Virus record (IMG/VR): IMGVR_UViG_3300043473_000195
Span: 1 to 49,448 of that record
Source of the DNA: a virus
Taxonomy: Duplodnaviria > Caudoviricetes
Length of the DNA: 49,448 nt
Reading direction: 5' to 3' (one strand)
Both the position numbers and the translations under genes were made by a program. The notes beneath the pieces were generated by a model that was given only the letters and a program-made list of their open reading frames with translations, was not told the origin of the DNA and made no database searches. Below are positions 27,467 through 37,760 of the stretch, in pieces. Position 1 is the first letter of the stretch. The number at the start of each line of letters is the position of its first letter.

Positions 27467-30400
27467 ATGGCCGACCGGGTCATCGACACCAGCGTTCCTC
27501 TATCGTCACCCGGTGCGTTCGGCATCGGCACCGACGTCGAGGTCAGGCCCGATACTGGCCTCGCCTCGGTCGGCAACTATGTGCGTGACAGCGCCATCGA
27601 CATCGCCCGTGGTTTTACCGGCATCGGCAAGGGGCTGGCCGGTGCCGCGACATCGCAGGCGATACCGGGCGACGAGGCGGACCGCGCCGACCGTACCGCC
27701 CGCCAGCGCTGGTTCTCCGATCTCGATGAGTACCTGAAGTCCGGCAAGAGCGAGCGCGGCCAGTACGTCGAGGACAAGGGCGTCGAGACCAGTTTTGTCG
27801 ATCAGGTGGTGCAGGGCGCGCTGCAGCTGGTGCCCTACGCGCCGCTCGCGCTGCTCGGTCCGGGGGCGGTGCCTGCCGGTGCGGCGTTGTTCGGGGCGAC
27901 CAGCTACGGCGAGACGCGCAACAAGGCCGATGAGAGCCTGCGCTTCGCCACGCCGGAAGATCTCAAGTACGACAAGGCCTACCGCAAGCTGCGCGCCGAA
28001 GGCCTTGACCACGAAGCGGCCAAGACCAAGATGGTGGCCGACAGCGACACGCTGATGACCGGCCTGATCGCGGGCGGCGGGGGCGCGCTCGGCGGTGGCC
28101 TGCTCGGCATGGTCGGCGGCAGGGCGGGGTCCAAGCTGATCTCCGAGGCGGTGGCCAACAGGCTGTCGCAGCGGGCGCTCGTGCGCGCCGGTATTGGCGG
28201 TGCCGAGGGCGGCGGGGCTGGCGCCACGATGGGCTACACCTCCGACATCGCCAACCAGCGGGTGATGCGCGACGTCGGTCTGGCGGGCGACGTTGACCAG
28301 TCGCAGGCGCTGAAGACCGGCTTCCAGTCTGGCGCGGTGCTGGGCGTCATCGGCGGTGCGGCCAAGGTGGCGGCGGGCAAGCCGCACATGCCTGCGGCGC
28401 CCTTGGGCGTGACCGAGCGCTATGCGGCTGCGTCCAAGGCACGCGGTGAGGACGTTGCGGCGGGCGTGGGAGCCCCCCGACCGGGCGAGGCTCCCGGTGC
28501 CGTATCCCCGGCTGAAGCCCCTCCACGGCCCCCCGGTGCCCCTCTGGAGGGGCCTGCGTACATGCCCGGTGGCGAGCCGATGCGTGGCCCCAAGGAGCGC
28601 ATCGACGACCCCTACGGTGAAGGTCCCGGCGGCGCGCACATGCCGGGTGAACCGGCGGGCGAGCACCCCGAGTTGCCGGGTGGCCGGATGCCCGAGCCGC
28701 CTCCGGTCGAGACGCCTGATTTCCGCGAAAAGTTCCGGCCCGGTGCCGAGATCCCGCCCGAGGCGACACCTGCTGTCGAGGCTCCCGATTTCCGCCAGCG
28801 CTTCCAAGAGCAGCACGCGGTGCCCGAGGACTTCGCTGGCACGGCCTACGGCGAACGCCTCGAAGGAACCGAGGCTCGCGAGGGCGGCGGCGGGCGGCGT
28901 GCGACCGAGGCTGACGTCGCCGAGATGTCCGGCCCGAACTCGCTGGAGGTTCTGCAGTTTCTCCGTCAGGAACGTACCGCCCTAGGCGAGCACCTGCTGG
29001 AGGCGCAACGGGAACTCAGCCAGCGCGAGAAGGCGCTGGGCAAGGATACCGAGCGGCCCGGTTACGACAAGGAAGCCAAGGCGATCCGTGGCGAGCGCCG
29101 TCGTATCAACCAGCTGATGGCCGAGCACGAGCGGCTGGAAAATCGCGTCAGCGAGGTCCGTCAGGCGCGCATCGACGAGAACCAAGCCAAGGCGCGTGCT
29201 GGTCGCGAACAGGCCGAGGAAGTTACCGGCGCTGGTAAGCCCGAGCCTGTGGACACGACCACGAGCGAAGGCGGCTCGTGGCGTCCCGTAGATCCCAACG
29301 AGGTGCTGCCTGCTGGCGTCCACGTTCGAATGGACATGACGAGCGGCAAGCCCGAGGTGTTCGTCCCCGCCACGGCCACGGCGAAGGGCGGCAAGGCCAA
29401 GGTCGAACAGGTCGCGGCGAAGTCTGCCGCGCGCCGCGCCGCCAACGAGAACAAGGATCAGGCCGAGCCTGACCTGAAGTCGATCACGCCGTACCGGCGC
29501 AAGGGGCAGAGCGAGGAGGAGAGCGTTCTCCCTCCAGTTGCCAATGAACCCGCACGACACACGCTGCGCCTCAAGGAAGGCACCGTCCTCAAGCCGCGCG
29601 AGAAGGTCACCACCCAGCAGGCCCGTCAGCACGAGGGCGAGACCGGTGTCGCGGGCAGGCAGACCGAGGTCCAGAAGGGCACGTTCGCCGAACGCCCACA
29701 GGCGGCGCGCACGGTGCCCGAGGCGGAAGGACCGGCCCACAAAGGCAAGGCGCCGGGTGGTCCCGAGGTCGAGGTGCGCGCCGAGCGGATGCCAGAGCGG
29801 CCCAAGCCCAAGGGCGGGCAGGGCGCCCTGTTGAACATCCAGATGGCCAAGCTCGGACAGCACAGCCGACGCATCGAGAAACTGAAGCAGGATCTCAAGC
29901 GCTCGCTGCGCTCGATGACCGACGCCCTCGTGCCGTTCGTGCAGAGGAAGTCGGTCGAGCAGGCCGCCGAAACGCTCAAGAAGACCGGCGCGTTCAAGTC
30001 GGAGCACACGCCCGTCGAGCTTGCGCGCATGGCGCGCGAGAACCCGGAGTTCGTTGCGAAGAACTATCCCGAGTTCGCCGACCGTCTCGCCAAGATCGAC
30101 GAGTTGAAGGCGCGGCTGGGTCGCGAGGAGAAACTTCACGCCGACACCACGACGCGGGTCGCCGAACTCAGCCGCGACATCAAGATCACCAAGGAGAAGC
30201 CCGCCACCACCGAGGGCAAGGGGTCGGCCTACGAGCAGACCCGCAAGGAACTGGAGCGCATCGCCGCCGATCTCAGGAAAGACCAGAAGACGCGGTCGTG
30301 GACCGAGAGCCAGATCAAGGAGATGGTCGGACGCATGGTGGCGGCGCGCGACAGTGCGCGTGACGCGATCCGCAAGATCACCAACCGGCTGTCGAAGTTC

Positions 30401-33400
30401 ACCGTCAGGAAGGCGCAGTTCCTGAAGAAGGAAGTGGTCGCCAAGGAAGCGGCACTGGCCGAGGTCGTGCAGTCCCAGACGCTGAAGGAACTCTTCAGGG
30501 GTGCGTTCGCCGAGTACGAGATGTCGAGCGCCGAGAAGACCGAGCGCGACAAGGCGATCCTGCGGGCGCTCAAGGACGAGACCGGCAATCAGGCCTACAT
30601 CGGCGGGCTGAAGAGCATGCAGTTGCGGTCGCTCGGCATGGACATCGCCGAGTATGCCCACAAGCGCATCGCCATCACGCGGGAACTCTACAAGGACTTC
30701 GCCGAAAGCGAGAAAGCCGAAGGCCGCTCGATGCAGGTCAACATCAACCTGACGCGGCGGGCGGCGGGTCGCGGCGACGACATGCCCGCGCCTTGGCACA
30801 ACTTCCTGTCGGGCTACGTCAAGATGGTCGAGAAGATCGACCGCTACACCGGCCAGTTCGAGATCGACAAGCGGACCACCGCCAACATGACCGCTGCCGA
30901 ACGGGCCAAGGTCGAGACCGAGGTTCGTTCCAAGCTCAACAGTCTCAGCGACAAGCAGAAGGATGCGCGCGACGCCCGCATGCGCGAGATCCTGAACGAC
31001 TTCTATGTCAACGAGATGCTGGTGCGGACCGGTCAGGTCCACATGATCGACGCCTTCCGCAAGCAGGAGTTGGGATTTCTTCAGTCGCAGTTCGCCGCAG
31101 CGAAGGCGGCGGCCAAGGTGTCGCCCGACGTCGAGCGCGAGTTCAGCGTGCTCGAACAGGCGGTCAACAAGGCGCTGGCCGAGCGTGAGATCCCGATGCC
31201 CGAGCGTGGCGAGGGTGTCAGCTGGAAGTACAAGGAGGAAAAGACCGGGGCCGAGGCGATGCAGGAGCCGCTGTTCGACCCCAACAAGGCCGAGGCGGAG
31301 GAGTACGGCGAGGCGGGCTTCGAAGTCAGCGGCGGACCCAAGGGGTTTGGTCGCTCGGGTCTCGACATGGGTCCTGCCTACGAGCACCGCGATCCGACCA
31401 AGCCGAGCGTCGACGAGGCGATGACGCTGATCCGCGAGTTCGTGCAGCGCAAGATGGGCGACAAGGTCAGCGAGGCGGTGCGCGCCGAGGTCAACAGGGC
31501 TGTTGAAGACTTCGTCAAGTCGCAGCACGAGGCGGCGCGGGTCGAAGCCGAGCGCGAGGCGGCCAAGAACAAGCCGCCCGAGGAGAGCGATCCGGCCAAG
31601 ATGACGTTCCAGCAGCGGCTCGACCGCTACGTCGGCAGCGACAAGACGGCGCTGTTCCGGGTCGAGATGGCGCGCAGGTACGGGCAGGAGTGGTTCTCGC
31701 TGGGCGAGCACGCCAAGGACGCGCTGGTCCGCTACGAGCAGCTGGCCGACAAGCCGGAAAATCTCAAGACCGTCGAGGAGAAGATCGCCCACGTGAAGGA
31801 AGTCGAGAAGTTCGCGACCCCCGAGGAGTATCACCGGGCGCAGGCGACCGGCCTGATGGAGCGCGCGGACAGGCTCTGGGACGCGATCAACGCCTCCAAC
31901 GCGGTCGGCTGGACGACGCGCGCCGACGTGCACGACATGCACCGCGCCTTCAGGGACCGGCTTGGCGAGGAGCGCGACATCAACGTCACGGGCGACACCA
32001 TCGTGCGCGACATGAACCGCGCCGAGGAAGAGCTTGGCCGCATCGAGAACGAGCTACGCGAGATCTACGAGACGGTGGTGCCCATCGCCCGCGAGCGCGG
32101 CTATCAGGTCAAGGGTCTGCTCGATCCCGCTGCCGATCTCAGCGACCCGATACAGCGTCCGGCTGGTGCGCGCGTCCAGAAGGTGTCCGACTTCCTCAAG
32201 CACAACGACCGCTTCTACGGCGTGCGCCCCGGCTTCGACATTCCGACCGGCGAAGTCCGTAACCTGTTCATGGACGTCGCCAACAAGCTGGCGGGCGACG
32301 TCGAAGTGGTGACGGTGACCGCCGAGCAGATGAAGCAGCTGGCGCCGATGCGCGAGTTGGGTGCCGACACGCCCGCCTTCTGGGACCGCGCGTCGGACCG
32401 GATTTTTATAACCCGCGAGGCGATGACGTCGCCCGAGCGCGGCGCGATCCTCGGCCACGAGATTGGCCATCCGATCACCGAGAGCGCGCTGCAGAAGTAC
32501 CCGGCCATCCGCGACCGGCTCGACCAGCAGCGCGAGGCTCTTCTGATCGCCCATGCCGAAGGCAACATGGCGGTGCGCGAGGCGCTGCAGGGCAACCTGC
32601 ACGGTCTTCGAAACGTCCACGAGTTCGTCTCGGAACTGTGGGGCAACCCGCGCTTCATGGAGGCGCTGCAGGCCGTCGACATCACCGACGCGCAGAGCCG
32701 TAAGTGGCAGACCGAGAAGCGTGGCACGCTCCTCAGCGCCAGCAACGATGCGATCCGTTCGTCGTTGGAGAAGGCGCTGTTCGGGGTCAGCCGCAAGAAG
32801 CTGCTCAACGACACGCTGGTCTCGTCGATGGATATGCTGCAGCGCATGGCCCAGACCGGACGGCAGAAGGCCTATGCCGAAGAGGGCAACGCTGCGCGGC
32901 CTTTCATCTACGAGGCGTCCAAGCAGTTCGGTCGCGAAATCATGGAGGGCGTCACCGAGAAGGCCAAGGACGTCGCGGCGTGGACCAACAAGAACGGCGG
33001 ACCTTCGGGTGTGCTCCTGAACTTCGCCAACTTCCGCGACCTTGCGCGGATGGCCGACGAAGGCATGCAGAAGGTGATGCACCCCATCGTCGATCTGCTG
33101 GGCAAGCGCTTCAACACCCAGAAGCAGATCATGGAGCGCGAGGACTATCCGGTCATGCGGGCGCTCGCCGAGCGGATGCGGATCGACACGTCCGAAGTGA
33201 ACAAGAAGATGGTCGACTACATCGACTTCGAAAATCGTCTGGGAGCCTACGGCGATCATAAACTGGTCGTGAAGGATGCGGCGGGCGAGCGGATCGGTGC
33301 CAACAAGCACATCTCGGAGAACGCCGAGGACATCGCCCATCGCGACGTCCATCGCAAGCACGAGCGCCTGAGCAAGGCGTGGAGCGCGCTGACCGACAAG

Positions 33401-36304
33401 CAGAAGGACATGGTCCGCCAGCTGCGCGACTACTACGAGAAGCGCTACGGCAGCATCCGCGACGCCCAGCTGCGACAGATGATCGACCTGCAGGAACTGG
33501 TCAAGGACAACCACCCCGGCGCCACCGACACGCTGCTGAAGTACATCGGCAATGAGAAGCTGACCGGTGCCGAGACGACCCTGCTGGCTGACAAGGTGAA
33601 GGGCTTCGCCGGACACAGCGACGTCTCCAAACTCAGCGCCGACAACATTATGTTCAGGGAAAAGTTGGGCCGCCTGCGCCAGACCCCGGAGTTCCGCAAG
33701 CTGGCCGGTCCCTACTACCCGATGATGCGGCACGGCGACTGGGTGGTGCACGGCTACTACGACGTCGAGCGCCATGCCAAGGGCGGCGTCGAGGTCAACA
33801 AGGAAGACAAAGGCCCGGTCCGCACGTGGGAGTTCGCCACCGAGAAGGAGGCCAAGGACTTCGTTGACAGGCTGGGCGCCGACGGCGAGCCCGAGATCAA
33901 GATCTTGGCCGGACGCAAGGTCGCCTACGAAGCTGATCCTGCTGACCCGTCCAAGATCGCGCTCGACAAGGACGGCAAGCCGAAGCGGGCCGAGTACGTT
34001 ACCAGCACTGGTAAAGCGAGGCGTGTCCCGGTCGAAGAGGCGGTCGACGAGGGAGGACACGCGCGTTGGCAGGTAGATATAAACCCGCACCTCACCGAGT
34101 TCCACGAAGGCCGTCGTGCCGCCGATGCCCGTCAGGCCGAGTTGGTTGCCGACGCGAGCTACCGCGCCAACCACGTTCAGGAGCGCAAGGAGAACCAGTC
34201 GGGCTACATGAACCCGGCCTACGCCAGCAAGGCGATGCGCGACATGATCGACAGCGTGAAGCGCAGCGAGAAGTGGGCCGAGGCCGACCAAGGCACGCGC
34301 ACCTCGATGGAGCGCGAGTGGCAGGAGGCGGCGGAGAGGATTTTACTCTCGACCTCGGCACGTTCGCGCTACAGCCCGCGCAAGTACTCGTTGGGTGCCG
34401 ACAAGGACCTGATGAAGAACCTCACGAGGTATTCGACCAACACTTCACATACGCTCGCCGAGTTGACGCACCGACCCGAGATGTCCCGCGCACTGAAGGC
34501 GATGGACGCGCACGTCGAGGACAACAAGGCGGTCAAGGAGGGCGCGGCAGGAGACGTTGGCCGATACGGCCTGCTGCGAAGCCAAGTCCAGAACGAGACT
34601 TATCGACGTCTTCGAAACCGCCCCGACGTCAACATCTCGCCCGTGTTCGACAAGGCGATACAGGGGATCCTGAAGCTCTCGTTCCTCGACAAGCTGGCCT
34701 CGCCGGGATTTCTCCTGCTCAACGCCAGCGAGCCGCTGTTGCTGGCCGGACCCATGCTGGCGGGCCGCTACGGCATCGGTGCCTACGGCGAGATCATGAA
34801 GGCCTACGCCACCATCGGCGCGCACTCGGCGTTCGGCCACGCGGCGGGCGACGTCAAGAAGGTCTGGCAGGCCGGTCTGGGCGGCGACCCCAAGCTGGCG
34901 AGCAACCTCGAACGGCTGAAGGACAAGGTCAAAAACAGTTCCGCCGTCGACAAGGAGGGCATCCTCAAGATGCTCGACTTCATGGAGGAGACTGGCTACC
35001 TCGACCGCAACGCGGGCATGGAGCTTGAGCACCTGTTCCGGGGCGACGAGGGTGCGGTCATGCGCCGGGTGGACTTCACCGACCACCTGTTCCGGCAGAT
35101 GAACGCGCAGGTCGAGAACGTCAACCGGGGTGTCGTCGCCATCGCCGCCTACCGGTTGGAGATGCGAAAGAAAGGCGCGACGCACGAGAGCGCGATGCGG
35201 CGTGCCCAGCTGTCGGTCGAGGAGAGCGCGGGCAACTACGCCGCCTACAACGCGCCGCCATCGTTCAGCGATCCCCGGTTTAGATTTGCCCTGCAGTTCA
35301 AGAAGTACGCGCTCCGCATCACCACCAATTACCTGCGGATGGCGGTTGGCGCGTTCCGCCACATGCGCGGCGTCGAGAACAACCCGACCGCCGTCAAGCA
35401 GCTGATGTTCATGATCGGCTCGCAGGCGCTGATGGCGGGCGTGCTGGGACTTCCTACGGAGCCGATCAAGGCGATCATCACCGCGCTCAACCAGATCGGC
35501 GTCAGCCCGTACAACACCGACGACATCGAGGCGATGATGCGGAAGGGCGCCGCCGACATGCTCGGTCCAATGGGTGGCGAGATCTTCAGCCGTGGCCTGA
35601 TGCGGGCGCTGGGCACCGGCATCGGCGAGCGCGTGTCGCACAGTTCCCTCTGGACGTTCGGCACCTTGGGCTCGCGGCCCGACAGCGCCGCCACCGCCAT
35701 CGGCCACCTGTTCATGGGTGCCCCCGGCGGCTACCTCGCCGACAGCATCCAAGGTGCGGCCAAGCTGTTTACCGGCGTCGGTAATTATGCCCGAGGGGCG
35801 ACCACGTCCGGTGCCGCCGACGTGACCGAAGGCATCCGCCTGATGATCCCGATGAAGGCTGCGTCCGACACGATTGGCGCCGCCATGGAGTACGCCAACC
35901 CGAAGAAGACCCCGGCGGGCCAGCGGCTCGGACCGGAGATGACGGGCGGCCAGTTCATCTCCAACGTGGCGGGGCTCAGGACCGGCGCGCAGCTGGAGCA
36001 GACCGAGGCGCGCAACGTCTACCGGCGCAAGTCGGAGGTGTTCAATACCGACCGGACCAAGGCGATCCGCATGTACGTGTCGGCCACGACGCCTGCCGAG
36101 AAGTCGGCCATCCGCGAGGGCATCATCAGGAACTTCAACGAGCGCTACCCAGACGCCGACCAGAGGATTACGGTGGGGCAGCTGATGAAGGAAGAGCACG
36201 CGCACCATCGTCGCGAGAGCATGGATCCTAACCTGCTCGGCATCCATGCCAACAAGCGTACTCGTGGGTTCCTGCCGAGCGAGAGCGTTTACCGTTACCA
36301 GTAA
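27467..36304 (+). CDS. giant ejection / polyvalent protein (2945 aa) with zincin-like HExxH and PLxRFG-like region
   Basis: N-terminal glycine zippers, coiled coils, LGHEIGHP...HEFVSE, YYPMMRHG, AYRL...AGNY C-terminus. Confidence 0.75.
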   Translation: MADRVIDTSVPLSSPGAFGIGTDVEVRPDTGLASVGNYVRDSAIDIARGFTGIGKGLAGAATSQAIPGDEADRADRTARQRWFSDLDEYLKSGKSERGQYVEDKGVETSFVDQVVQGALQLVPYAPLALLGPGAVPAGAALFGATSYGETRNKADESLRFATPEDLKYDKAYRKLRAEGLDHEAAKTKMVADSDTLMTGLIAGGGGALGGGLLGMVGGRAGSKLISEAVANRLSQRALVRAGIGGAEGGGAGATMGYTSDIANQRVMRDVGLAGDVDQSQALKTGFQSGAVLGVIGGAAKVAAGKPHMPAAPLGVTERYAAASKARGEDVAAGVGAPRPGEAPGAVSPAEAPPRPPGAPLEGPAYMPGGEPMRGPKERIDDPYGEGPGGAHMPGEPAGEHPELPGGRMPEPPPVETPDFREKFRPGAEIPPEATPAVEAPDFRQRFQEQHAVPEDFAGTAYGERLEGTEAREGGGGRRATEADVAEMSGPNSLEVLQFLRQERTALGEHLLEAQRELSQREKALGKDTERPGYDKEAKAIRGERRRINQLMAEHERLENRVSEVRQARIDENQAKARAGREQAEEVTGAGKPEPVDTTTSEGGSWRPVDPNEVLPAGVHVRMDMTSGKPEVFVPATATAKGGKAKVEQVAAKSAARRAANENKDQAEPDLKSITPYRRKGQSEEESVLPPVANEPARHTLRLKEGTVLKPREKVTTQQARQHEGETGVAGRQTEVQKGTFAERPQAARTVPEAEGPAHKGKAPGGPEVEVRAERMPERPKPKGGQGALLNIQMAKLGQHSRRIEKLKQDLKRSLRSMTDALVPFVQRKSVEQAAETLKKTGAFKSEHTPVELARMARENPEFVAKNYPEFADRLAKIDELKARLGREEKLHADTTTRVAELSRDIKITKEKPATTEGKGSAYEQTRKELERIAADLRKDQKTRSWTESQIKEMVGRMVAARDSARDAIRKITNRLSKFTVRKAQFLKKEVVAKEAALAEVVQSQTLKELFRGAFAEYEMSSAEKTERDKAILRALKDETGNQAYIGGLKSMQLRSLGMDIAEYAHKRIAITRELYKDFAESEKAEGRSMQVNINLTRRAAGRGDDMPAPWHNFLSGYVKMVEKIDRYTGQFEIDKRTTANMTAAERAKVETEVRSKLNSLSDKQKDARDARMREILNDFYVNEMLVRTGQVHMIDAFRKQELGFLQSQFAAAKAAAKVSPDVEREFSVLEQAVNKALAEREIPMPERGEGVSWKYKEEKTGAEAMQEPLFDPNKAEAEEYGEAGFEVSGGPKGFGRSGLDMGPAYEHRDPTKPSVDEAMTLIREFVQRKMGDKVSEAVRAEVNRAVEDFVKSQHEAARVEAEREAAKNKPPEESDPAKMTFQQRLDRYVGSDKTALFRVEMARRYGQEWFSLGEHAKDALVRYEQLADKPENLKTVEEKIAHVKEVEKFATPEEYHRAQATGLMERADRLWDAINASNAVGWTTRADVHDMHRAFRDRLGEERDINVTGDTIVRDMNRAEEELGRIENELREIYETVVPIARERGYQVKGLLDPAADLSDPIQRPAGARVQKVSDFLKHNDRFYGVRPGFDIPTGEVRNLFMDVANKLAGDVEVVTVTAEQMKQLAPMRELGADTPAFWDRASDRIFITREAMTSPERGAILGHEIGHPITESALQKYPAIRDRLDQQREALLIAHAEGNMAVREALQGNLHGLRNVHEFVSELWGNPRFMEALQAVDITDAQSRKWQTEKRGTLLSASNDAIRSSLEKALFGVSRKKLLNDTLVSSMDMLQRMAQTGRQKAYAEEGNAARPFIYEASKQFGREIMEGVTEKAKDVAAWTNKNGGPSGVLLNFANFRDLARMADEGMQKVMHPIVDLLGKRFNTQKQIMEREDYPVMRALAERMRIDTSEVNKKMVDYIDFENRLGAYGDHKLVVKDAAGERIGANKHISENAEDIAHRDVHRKHERLSKAWSALTDKQKDMVRQLRDYYEKRYGSIRDAQLRQMIDLQELVKDNHPGATDTLLKYIGNEKLTGAETTLLADKVKGFAGHSDVSKLSADNIMFREKLGRLRQTPEFRKLAGPYYPMMRHGDWVVHGYYDVERHAKGGVEVNKEDKGPVRTWEFATEKEAKDFVDRLGADGEPEIKILAGRKVAYEADPADPSKIALDKDGKPKRAEYVTSTGKARRVPVEEAVDEGGHARWQVDINPHLTEFHEGRRAADARQAELVADASYRANHVQERKENQSGYMNPAYASKAMRDMIDSVKRSEKWAEADQGTRTSMEREWQEAAERILLSTSARSRYSPRKYSLGADKDLMKNLTRYSTNTSHTLAELTHRPEMSRALKAMDAHVEDNKAVKEGAAGDVGRYGLLRSQVQNETYRRLRNRPDVNISPVFDKAIQGILKLSFLDKLASPGFLLLNASEPLLLAGPMLAGRYGIGAYGEIMKAYATIGAHSAFGHAAGDVKKVWQAGLGGDPKLASNLERLKDKVKNSSAVDKEGILKMLDFMEETGYLDRNAGMELEHLFRGDEGAVMRRVDFTDHLFRQMNAQVENVNRGVVAIAAYRLEMRKKGATHESAMRRAQLSVEESAGNYAAYNAPPSFSDPRFRFALQFKKYALRITTNYLRMAVGAFRHMRGVENNPTAVKQLMFMIGSQALMAGVLGLPTEPIKAIITALNQIGVSPYNTDDIEAMMRKGAADMLGPMGGEIFSRGLMRALGTGIGERVSHSSLWTFGTLGSRPDSAATAIGHLFMGAPGGYLADSIQGAAKLFTGVGNYARGATTSGAADVTEGIRLMIPMKAASDTIGAAMEYANPKKTPAGQRLGPEMTGGQFISNVAGLRTGAQLEQTEARNVYRRKSEVFNTDRTKAIRMYVSATTPAEKSAIREGIIRNFNERYPDADQRITVGQLMKEEHAHHRRESMDPNLLGIHANKRTRGFLPSESVYRYQ
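29223..29238. repeat. palindrome B (intragenic)
   Basis: TTACCGGCGCTGGTAA, read as V-T-G-A-G-K. Confidence 0.85.
33999..34014. repeat. palindrome B (intragenic)
   Basis: TTACCAGCACTGGTAA, read as V-T-S-T-G-K. Confidence 0.85.
35769..35784. repeat. palindrome B (intragenic)
   Basis: TTACCGGCGTCGGTAA, read as F-T-G-V-G-N. Confidence 0.85.
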
Positions 36305-36319
36305 AATCGGGAGATCGTC

Positions 36320-36454
36320 ATGGCCAAGGGCAAACCCAATCCGTTCGCTGGCAAGCAGGCTCCGCCGTTCGGCGCCAAAGGCGGCAAAGCCAACCCGTTC
36401 GCCAAGAAGGGCGAAGGCATGCCCTTCAAGAAGGGCGGCAAGGTCAAGAAGTAG
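36320..36454 (+). CDS. 44-aa Lys/Gly-rich peptide
   Basis: GGGAG RBS; MAKGKPNPFAGK...PFKKGGKVKK. Confidence 0.65.
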   Translation: MAKGKPNPFAGKQAPPFGAKGGKANPFAKKGEGMPFKKGGKVKK

Positions 36455-36463
36455 GAGGCACCG

Positions 36464-36670
36464 ATGGTCGCCCAGAAGTTCGGCAGCGCCGACCGCGACG
36501 TGCGGTCGAAGGGCTCCAAGGAGAAGACCGACAAGCCGATGCTGAAGGCGTCGGCGCGCACGCCCTACACCGGCATGATCGGCGGACCGGCCAACGTGTC
36601 CGCGTTCAAGAACGGGGGGAGTGTGCAGCAGGGGGGCTTCCGCAACGCGGCGATGGAGCATAAACGCTAG
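36464..36670 (+). CDS. small basic protein
   Basis: AGGAGG RBS; FKNGGSV motif. Confidence 0.65.
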   Translation: MVAQKFGSADRDVRSKGSKEKTDKPMLKASARTPYTGMIGGPANVSAFKNGGSVQQGGFRNAAMEHKR

Positions 36671-36679
36671 GAGGCCACC

Positions 36680-36829
36680 ATGTTGTTGATGATCCTCTTT
36701 TGGGTGATATTGGTCCTCGCCGCGCTCGGCGGCGGGTACTACTACCGTGTGCAGCCATGGTTCCCCGGCGTCGGGGTTGTCCTCGTGCTGCTGGCGATCT
36801 TGGGTTGGAAGGTCTACCCGCCCGGATGA
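36680..36829 (+). CDS. small two-TM membrane protein
   Basis: AGGAGG RBS; MLLMILFWVILVLAALGGG...VVLVLLAILGWKVYPPG. Confidence 0.6.
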   Translation: MLLMILFWVILVLAALGGGYYYRVQPWFPGVGVVLVLLAILGWKVYPPG

Positions 36830-36984
36830 CCCTGATCGTCATCATTCTGCTGGTGATCCTGCTTGGCGGTGGCTGGTACGGTCATGCCCAGTGGGGCTAC
36901 GGCGGTCTTGGCGGCGTGCTCGGGCTGGTGCTGCTCATCGTGCTGGTGCTGTTTCTGACAGGCAACCTGCACGGGGTTGGCTAG
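36826..36984 (+). CDS. DUF3309-like small membrane protein
   Basis: MTLIVIILLVILLGGGWYG..WGYGGLGGVLGLVLLIVLVLFLTG. Confidence 0.65.
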   Translation: MTLIVIILLVILLGGGWYGHAQWGYGGLGGVLGLVLLIVLVLFLTGNLHGVG

Positions 36985-37044
36985 GGATAAACCGGCGTTC
37001 GGGGGCGTAGCGTAGAGGGGGAGTTTGATTAACAGGAGGTCGAC

Positions 37045-37299
37045 ATGATCGGCTGTCTCGTCCTCGCGTTCGCGCTCTGTCAGGCAGGCTACGTTGCCCA
37101 GCCTGCCTACTATCCGCCGCAGCAGGCCTACTATCAGCCTGCGCCGCAGCAGTACTACCAGCCGCAGCCGGTCTACTATGCGCCGCAGCCGGTCTACTAT
37201 GCGCCGCAGCCGGTCTATGCCGCCTTCCCGGTGGCGCTCAACTTCAACGTCGGCGGGCGCGGCGGCTACTATGGCGGAGGCCATCGCCGTTGCTGCTAG
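37045..37299 (+). CDS. secreted Tyr/Pro/Gln-rich repeat protein
   Basis: AGGAGG RBS; signal peptide; QPVYYAP repeats. Confidence 0.7.
   Translation: MIGCLVLAFALCQAGYVAQPAYYPPQQAYYQPAPQQYYQPQPVYYAPQPVYYAPQPVYAAFPVALNFNVGGRGGYYGGGHRRCC
37162..37217 (+). repeat. 21-bp tandem repeat, about 2.7 copies
   Basis: CCGCAGCCGGTCTACTATGCG twice plus a partial third copy. Confidence 0.85.
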
Positions 37300-37308
37300 G
37301 AGGACGCC

Positions 37309-37470
37309 ATGCCGCTGAAAAAAGGGACGTCGCAGAAGGTCGTCTCGGATAACATCCGTACCGAGATGCACGCGGGCAAACCGCAGAAGCAAGCCGTCGC
37401 GATAGCGATGGCGACGGCGCGGCGCAGTGGCGGCGGCGTGGCCAAGAACATCAAGCCGAAGAGGAAGTAG
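37309..37470 (+). CDS. small basic phage protein (MPLKKG...KQAVAIA type)
   Basis: AGGAGG RBS; MPLKKGTSQKVVSDNIRTEMHAGKPQKQAVAIAM. Confidence 0.75.
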   Translation: MPLKKGTSQKVVSDNIRTEMHAGKPQKQAVAIAMATARRSGGGVAKNIKPKRK

Positions 37471-37472
37471 CC

Positions 37473-37733
37473 ATGGCTTCGGACTACGACAAGGTGAAGG
37501 CCCGCCGTCTCGCGCAGCGCGCTCAGTGGGACGAGGACCCGGCGATGCAGAGCATGAACCGGGACGCCATGGACCGCATGAACTCGACCAGCAAGCCTGC
37601 CGACGAGAAGGTCCCGCCACCCCGGCAGATGCTGCCCAACTACTATGCGCGCGGCGGTCCCGTGAAGAAGGGGTCGTCGACCATGCCCAAGTTCTGTAAG
37701 GGTGGGAAGGTCATCTCGTCCAAGAGCTTCTAG
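37473..37733 (+). CDS. small basic protein with two xxGGxV motifs
   Basis: YARGGPV, FCKGGKV. Confidence 0.65.
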   Translation: MASDYDKVKARRLAQRAQWDEDPAMQSMNRDAMDRMNSTSKPADEKVPPPRQMLPNYYARGGPVKKGSSTMPKFCKGGKVISSKSF

Positions 37734-37760
37734 GAACGCAGCTACACGAAGGAGCAGAAC

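Noticed and set aside
19746-36661. Long antisense ORFs (19746..21365, 28982..31942, 32054..34291, 34445..36661)
   Set aside because: Shadow frames of GC3-rich genes, with no motifs and fully overlapping well-supported plus-strand CDSs.
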